From: Escherichia phage ETEP102
Length of the DNA stretch: 48,422 nt
Direction: 5' to 3' (one strand)
Sequence record: OR979723.1
Positions within the stretch are counted from its first letter, which is position 1, and each line of letters starts with the position of its first letter. The translations under genes were made by a program, and so were the position numbers. The notes beneath the pieces were generated by a model. That model was given only the letters and a program-made list of their open reading frames with translations. It had not been told where the DNA came from and made no database searches. This document shows, one piece after another, positions 43,610 through 48,422 of this stretch.

Positions 43610-44134
43610 TTAGCGCCCGTGGTTATGGTGGAATTTAAGCCTTGCCCTAGCATCAATCACGGCCTGGCAGGCATCATCAAACAGGTAAAAAGTTCCTAGT
43701 GCAATTCTTTTACCGCTCAGGGATATTCTGGCCTTGAACTTCCCGTTCTTTTCAATCGTAACGCCAGGGAATCCGCTGGTGTTATTCTTATATACACTTT
43801 TGTTTTTTGAGTTATCTTGAGCCGATACAAGCCTGAGATTTACTCGTCTATTATCCATTCTATTATGATTTATGTGGTCAATCTGCATCCCCTTCGGTAT
43901 TTCACCCTCTCAAATATTCCATATTACAACGTGATTTGTCAGCCTCTTACCACCATAATCGAAACGCCTATAGCCACCTCTTGACTTATTGCCGCAATAG
44001 TTACCTTCTATCGCGGTTGGGTTTATTGTCCTAAGCCAGACTAAATCAATACCATCATAACCAATGTCAGGATAGCAATCGTGGGTTAACATATACCTTG
44101 TCTCCAATTGTGCAGGTGTAATATTTCTCATCAA
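43610..44134 (-). pseudogene. HNH homing endonuclease interrupted by in-frame TGA (43910-43912)
   Basis: Track ORFs 43910-44134 and 43610-43888 are in the same frame; joined reading ...HVVIWNI-stop-EGEIPKGMQIDHINHNRMDNRRVNLR matches intact paralog ...HRVIWYIHNGEIPEGMEVDHINHERDDNRISNLR. Confidence 0.6.
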
Positions 44135-45650
44135 GCATTGGCAGTAAGTGATCTTTAATCTTTGTCATTATCCCGGCCTGAGATTCGAATGGCTTAACCT
44201 TACGCGCCGCTTCATATAGGGATCGGACACCTACAACGCCTTTCCCGTTCTTGCCTTGCTTGATCAGGATGTCAATCAGCTTGTTCATCTCAGCATGGTC
44301 GCCAGCATGACCAGCAGCGTTTGCAGATGACAGATAAGTCTTACTCAGTTCCTGGAACATAATTACCGCTTCCTGCATTGTGTCAAGCTCAATCTCTCTG
44401 GACTTCTGCGGACTCCCGCCATTGGGATTAAACCAGTTACGCACAGTGTGAAGAACAGCAGCAATCCTGATGGCCTGCTTATCGAACTTACCCAACGCGC
44501 CGCGCAACATTGTGTGTGAATACTTCCCGCCGTCCGCAAGGTGAGGCTCCATATCCTGACGCGCACGGTTGAGATATTTCATCGCCGACGTGCTCACTGT
44601 CAGGTTGACTTCGTGTTCGCTCATGATCTCATGGACCAGACGGAAGTAGTCCGCCTTGAGTCCGCCATCAATCGGCTCGTATGTTGATTCGCCTTTTTCG
44701 TCAACGAATACACGCTCGCCAAGGAATGACTTCTCACGCACAAGCAAGAAACGTTCTGACACACCGATACCACGCGCACCAGCATTCATGATCGCGTTGA
44801 TTGTTTCATCCTGTGCAATTACAGAGATGCAACCCATCGCAATAAAGCTCATGTTATTGTCTGCGTTCGCACGCGCGATAGATACGTTACCAGCATCCCA
44901 TGCTTTCAGCACAAGCTCGCTGTTCGTTTTCTTTGAACCGTCACCATAGGTCATGCCTAAAAGTGAGTTCACGCTCGTCGCTTCATCCGAGATCACAGAG
45001 AAGTTGCCCTGGCGGTTGTTGATTCTCGCAAGACCTTCCGGCGTGGTGTCTGATACGGGGAACACGATGTCACAAAGGCGTTCCAGTTTTTCTTCCAGTT
45101 CTTCTTTTTCCTCAAACAGCGCCGCCATGTCAGATGGTGATTTCTCCTGCTTCATCTCCTTGGATAGAGCGGAAAGCTTAGCCATAATCTTCTTGCGGTC
45201 ACGCCTTCGGATCTCGTTGAGTCGCTCAGTCTCGGCGATCATCGGGGCCAGTGAAAGTGAGTTGATAGCTGATTTACCCGTCGATGGTGGCTGACTGGTT
45301 ACGACGTACAGCGCGGTAGGCTGTTGTGTTCCGTGATACTCAACCGTAAATCGTCCAAGCATCGCAGCAGAGATACATCCCAGGAAGTGCATATAAGCAG
45401 ATGACTCGGGGAACTGGACTGAGCGAGCAGCGTTGCTCGATAGTTTACCAACGACATCATGATCGTTTCCCAGGGAGATGACGGGATATTTGTCACCGCC
45501 TGAGTCAATCTCTGTAGGAGCTTTCCAGAATGACTGGCTCTGCCTGTATCCGTTGGCATTGATGGCGACGCGCAGAGGCGGGAGGTTATCGGCGGCGGCG
45601 ACAGCCATAACCTGATCAATTGACAATTTATCTTCGTTGAAATCAAACAT
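44067..45650 (-). CDS. P-loop ATPase, putative replicative primase-helicase C-terminal-type (DUF3987-like)
   Basis: Walker A-like SQPPSTGKSA; 527 aa; AAGGAG RBS; family name from recollection only. Confidence 0.5.
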   Translation of the reverse strand: MFDFNEDKLSIDQVMAVAAADNLPPLRVAINANGYRQSQSFWKAPTEIDSGGDKYPVISLGNDHDVVGKLSSNAARSVQFPESSAYMHFLGCISAAMLGRFTVEYHGTQQPTALYVVTSQPPSTGKSAINSLSLAPMIAETERLNEIRRRDRKKIMAKLSALSKEMKQEKSPSDMAALFEEKEELEEKLERLCDIVFPVSDTTPEGLARINNRQGNFSVISDEATSVNSLLGMTYGDGSKKTNSELVLKAWDAGNVSIARANADNNMSFIAMGCISVIAQDETINAIMNAGARGIGVSERFLLVREKSFLGERVFVDEKGESTYEPIDGGLKADYFRLVHEIMSEHEVNLTVSTSAMKYLNRARQDMEPHLADGGKYSHTMLRGALGKFDKQAIRIAAVLHTVRNWFNPNGGSPQKSREIELDTMQEAVIMFQELSKTYLSSANAAGHAGDHAEMNKLIDILIKQGKNGKGVVGVRSLYEAARKVKPFESQAGIMTKIKDHLLPMLDEKYYTCTIGDKVYVNPRLLS

Positions 45651-45720
45651 TAATTTTACTCCTTAGTGGTGCGCTAATGTTAACGCACCTATATTAAATC
45701 CGACCACTAATAAATGCTAC

Positions 45721-46074
45721 TTATTTGTACGCCGCTTCAAATTTATAAGTTTCGCAAATGGTATTGAATCCGACCTCATCATCTCGGTAAATCTGCCACG
45801 CAAAGCCTTCTTCGTCAAAGATATACCCAGCGTTACTTCCCAGACCTGCGTGCATATCAACCTGGTATCGCTTGCCGTTCTTGAAACTCTTCTCCACTGG
45901 CGAATTGTGGTTAATTTTTGTAACGTAAAGTGTTTTGGTCTTGATGTATCTGCCTTTGATACTCAGGTTGACCCACTTACCATCGATCTTGACCTGTTCA
46001 AATCCATTCTTGCTGACGCGAGCTTTCAGGAGGCGATTGGCGGAGGTAACGAAGTTTTTAGTGGTTATTGTCAT
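45721..46074 (-). CDS. hypothetical protein (117 aa)
   Basis: ORF downstream of motif/hexamer/leader module on minus strand. Confidence 0.45.
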   Translation of the reverse strand: MTITTKNFVTSANRLLKARVSKNGFEQVKIDGKWVNLSIKGRYIKTKTLYVTKINHNSPVEKSFKNGKRYQVDMHAGLGSNAGYIFDEEGFAWQIYRDDEVGFNTICETYKFEAAYK

Positions 46075-46137
46075 TTTGATTTCCTTTATGTGTTTCGTTT
46101 CGATGAGATGAATATACAGGAAAAGCCCAGAATGGCT

Positions 46138-46158
46138 TTAGCAATTAGTGCTATTTTA
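46138..46158 (-). promoter_or_regulatory. ATAGCACTAATTGCTAAA motif copy (minus orientation)
   Basis: Minus strand: follows TAA of methyltransferase gene; 22 nt to TATATT; leader CATCGAAACGAAAC; ATG 46074. Confidence 0.45.
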
Positions 46159-46830
46159 GCTGTTGGCGAGGTATACGGCACGGGCGAACCCGCGCGGGGT
46201 TAGAGAGCGAAACTGCTTGGTCTTTGCTGACTTACCTCCAAGGAAGCGCCAACCCCAAAAGAAACCAATGTTGATGGGGCCAGGCTTCTTAACTGGCTCA
46301 ATAAATCCGTTACCATGCCAGATGCAGGTCTTTTTTGTATAACCGTCGTATTTCGGCATTTTATCGTGATAAGGCATATCGCCAGCCTTCATGAGTCCGC
46401 CGTACTCGTGAGGGTTAAAGTAAAAATCAGGCTTACGCCATAGCGTTGACAGTTTGCCTACCGGATTCTCAACCATCCATGGAGCGTCAAAGTGATTTCC
46501 AACCTCCTCCACCAGCTTTGCATTAGCCAAGGCGTAAGCAAGCTCATCTTCGCTGCGGTCGTGCTGAGATCCTGACTGAGAAAACAGCGTGCAGTCAGGG
46601 AATCCGATAACCATTTGTGCCGGAGGTATTCCGAACAATTCGCACTTCGTTATGAAATCCTTATCAATCCACATATTGACATAGTGAATGTTCTCATGCT
46701 GCATCTTGACTTGATACTCGCCATGATTACCGGAGTCAGCATTAAAGCAGTAAACGGTGTGCCCGTTCTCAGCCCATGGGAGTCCAGCGATACCGGAACC
46801 GTCAAACATGCAGTAAATTACCTTTTTCAT
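46156..46830 (-). CDS. DNA cytosine-5 methyltransferase-like protein
   Basis: Motif I-like MFDGSGIAG, motif IV-like GFPDCTLFS (PC dipeptide), motif VI-like MVENPVG; short (224 aa). Confidence 0.45.
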   Translation of the reverse strand: MKKVIYCMFDGSGIAGLPWAENGHTVYCFNADSGNHGEYQVKMQHENIHYVNMWIDKDFITKCELFGIPPAQMVIGFPDCTLFSQSGSQHDRSEDELAYALANAKLVEEVGNHFDAPWMVENPVGKLSTLWRKPDFYFNPHEYGGLMKAGDMPYHDKMPKYDGYTKKTCIWHGNGFIEPVKKPGPINIGFFWGWRFLGGKSAKTKQFRSLTPRGFARAVYLANS

Positions 46831-46985
46831 TTCTTCATTGCCTTCTTGATTGCTTTCTGTGTGATTTCGAAACTGCTTTGCAGGTCTTCAACTTGCGCGG
46901 ATGTGATCCATGGATACCATCCTTTACCCGACATCTTCGCTATCGTGTCATTATCGTAATAGTTCAGATCTGAAGGTTTAAGCAT
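46827..46985 (-). CDS. small hypothetical protein (52 aa)
   Basis: ATG with GAGGTG 5 nt upstream; stop overlaps methyltransferase ATG (ATGA). Confidence 0.35.
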   Translation of the reverse strand: MLKPSDLNYYDNDTIAKMSGKGWYPWITSAQVEDLQSSFEITQKAIKKAMKK

Positions 46986-47226
46986 CTTTCACCTCATCAA
47001 AAGTTGCAATTCCAGGAATAAACATTCCAACCTTCCAGCCAGCGATGGCAACCCATCCAGAATCGTGCTTGTGCGGTCGCTCAGCGCCATTAATCAACCA
47101 CTCGTTCGGGATTGTCTTGCCGTTAATGATTAGCGGCTCAGCGTCGTATACAGAGCCTTTTACAAATGGCGTTAAAACCTTTTTGTCGGTGCTGGTGATT
47201 ACGTTCGTGCAGCGAATTTTCATCAT
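46978..47226 (-). CDS. hypothetical protein (82 aa)
   Basis: ORF in minus-strand early operon. Confidence 0.4.
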   Translation of the reverse strand: MMKIRCTNVITSTDKKVLTPFVKGSVYDAEPLIINGKTIPNEWLINGAERPHKHDSGWVAIAGWKVGMFIPGIATFDEVKDA

Positions 47227-47232
47227 GAGTCC

Positions 47233-47448
47233 TTAAAACGGTATGCCGTCATCAAATTTTAATCGATAGTCGAAGTCATCCCCGATTCCATCGACTGACT
47301 GGTTGCTCTCGCTTTCCAGATCCATATCCATAATTCCGAGAGCGTCATCAAGTTCTATACATCCATAAGCTACCTTGAGCGCCCACTCTTCATTAAGTCC
47401 GGCTTCAAGTGCCGCGCGGTGGCGGCTCCAGAAATTATCTTGATTCAC
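47233..47448 (-). CDS. small acidic protein with SSB C-terminal tail mimic (KFDDGIPF)
   Basis: 71 aa, GTG start with GGAG 6 nt upstream; acidic C-terminal half ending FDDGIPF, the same motif that ends the phage SSB (FDDDIPF). Confidence 0.5.
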   Translation of the reverse strand: MNQDNFWSRHRAALEAGLNEEWALKVAYGCIELDDALGIMDMDLESESNQSVDGIGDDFDYRLKFDDGIPF

Positions 47449-47450
47449 CG

Positions 47451-47675
47451 TTAGCTCCAGGAGTTGATATAAAGTGAGTTGTCGTTTAACAGATTGATCA
47501 TCTCGGCACGGGTGAGGCTACGGATTATTTGGCCTGGATGAGTGCCAAAAACGTAGCGATCGAACTCACGGCGCGTAATGGTGATCTGACTAACGCCTGC
47601 TGAGCGGTCAAGTTTGATGATTGCGCGGCCTTTGGCTTCGATGTGTGCTACTACGTTCTGAACTTTAACTGACAT
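47451..47675 (-). CDS. hypothetical protein (74 aa)
   Basis: ORF with GAGGAAG RBS downstream of motif/leader module. Confidence 0.4.
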   Translation of the reverse strand: MSVKVQNVVAHIEAKGRAIIKLDRSAGVSQITITRREFDRYVFGTHPGQIIRSLTRAEMINLLNDNSLYINSWS

Positions 47676-47738
47676 TTTTACTTCCTCTTGTGTACTTCGT
47701 TTCGATGAAATGATTATGCCTCAATCCGTGAGGCTTAG

Positions 47739-47757
47739 TTTAGCAATTCGTGCTATT
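47739..47757 (-). promoter_or_regulatory. ATAGCACGAATTGCTAAAC motif copy (minus orientation)
   Basis: Minus strand: follows TAA stop of gene 47757-48188; hairpin GCCTCA/TGAGGC; about 22 nt to CATAAT; leader TTCATCGAAACGAAG; ATG 47675. Confidence 0.5.
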
Positions 47758-48188
47758 TAACGATTTTTTGGTGGTCGTTTACAGTGAGAATAAAACGGCG
47801 TTGGCGGAAAGCATGGCTGATAACCAGTCAGGCGTTGACGTGCCGCTTTGCCGAAAGCAGCAGCCGCATTTTGTTGTGCCATTGCAATCTCACCTTTGCG
47901 GAACAATCGTCTTTTACTAAACCGATGCCCCATGAACTCAACGGCAAAGTAGTCAATCGGATCGAGCGCTACACGCTTTTCCATGAACACCTTGCGACTT
48001 GATGCCAGGTATATATTGCTAACGCCATTCCCGATACAGGATCGCAAGCTATTGTAGATCGACTCATTGAATTGGTGCTGGAAGCGCCAGGCTCCGTAGG
48101 CCCACATATAAACCCTGCATGATGGCGTAACAAACCTTACCTTTCCGTCAGTTTTTCCATTATAGATAACACCGTGAACAATGCTCAT
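47757..48188 (-). CDS. hypothetical protein (143 aa)
   Basis: ORF with GGAG RBS; basic C-terminus. Confidence 0.45.
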   Translation of the reverse strand: MSIVHGVIYNGKTDGKVRFVTPSCRVYMWAYGAWRFQHQFNESIYNSLRSCIGNGVSNIYLASSRKVFMEKRVALDPIDYFAVEFMGHRFSKRRLFRKGEIAMAQQNAAAAFGKAARQRLTGYQPCFPPTPFYSHCKRPPKNR

Positions 48189-48199
48189 TTGTCAACTCC

Positions 48200-48415
48200 T
48201 TAAATTAGTGAAATATCAACAGTGATTTTGGCCTTGCCAATTACCCGTGCCACACCACCGTAAAGTAGCGCCAACTCAATAGTCTTAGCATTCATAGCGG
48301 TTGCCTGTACTGGCATCTCACCCACCAGGCGGAACACTTCAGGACTTGAGTTGTCGCAACGGATTAGATACTCGTTACCGCTGCCAATCAGTGCACATTC
48401 TTGGCGTAACTCCAT
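48200..48415 (-). CDS. hypothetical protein (71 aa)
   Basis: ORF starting 7 nt from window end. Confidence 0.35.
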   Translation of the reverse strand: MELRQECALIGSGNEYLIRCDNSSPEVFRLVGEMPVQATAMNAKTIELALLYGGVARVIGKAKITVDISLI

Positions 48416-48422
48416 TTCTGCA

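Noticed and set aside
45850-46203. 117-aa plus-strand ORF
   Set aside because: Spans a minus-strand gene end, the minus-orientation motif promoter and the methyltransferase gene 3' end; no RBS; contradicts the consistent minus-strand operon architecture.
1-48422. Lysogeny module (integrase, CI-like repressor, attP)
   Set aside because: No tyrosine or serine recombinase signatures seen in any ORF; the only HTH proteins are a 157-aa regulator next to the helicase and the phosphoesterase fusion; gene content fits a virulent phage.
1-48422. Treating the window as a complete circular genome and joining the partial minus-strand ORF at 1-169 across the ends
   Set aside because: Cannot be established from the sequence alone; no terminal redundancy or identical end repeats were seen, so the ORF is reported as partial.

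Overview
The window reads as a near-complete genome of a virulent T1-like siphovirus (Drexlerviridae-type gene content and order); this assignment is inference from the ORF translations and motifs, with no database search run. Coordinates I refined by hand may be off by 1-3 nt. Plus-strand early region (0.9-7 kb): small genes, a split polynucleotide kinase/3'-phosphatase pair and two tRNA-type genes. Structural block (7.6-27.6 kb): small and large terminase split by an HNH endonuclease, portal, head morphogenesis, scaffold, major capsid, neck, major tail, G/GT chaperones with an A_AAA_AAC slippery site, tape measure, and lambda M/L/K/I/J-like tail tip. A minus-strand cassette follows (Cor-like lipoprotein plus receptor-binding-like protein), then a recombination/replication block (PD-(D/E)xK exonuclease, annealing protein, SSB ending DDDIPF, tail fiber, primase, HTH regulator, SF2 helicase, HNH, VRR-NUC, Dam methylase, HTH-metallophosphoesterase), a lysis cassette (holin, SAR endolysin, unimolecular spanin), and a minus-strand early operon at the right end. 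Most worth a second look: a 71-aa protein whose C-terminus (KFDDGIPF) copies the SSB tail tip; a 19-bp quasi-palindromic motif present in 15 copies about 22 bp upstream of TATAnT hexamers; an ~88-bp AT-rich element duplicated in the two divergent intergenic hubs; an internally deleted paralog of the replicative ATPase; an HNH gene with an in-frame TGA; and a 99-nt tRNA-like gene with anticodon TAT. No integrase, CRISPR array or rRNA was seen.
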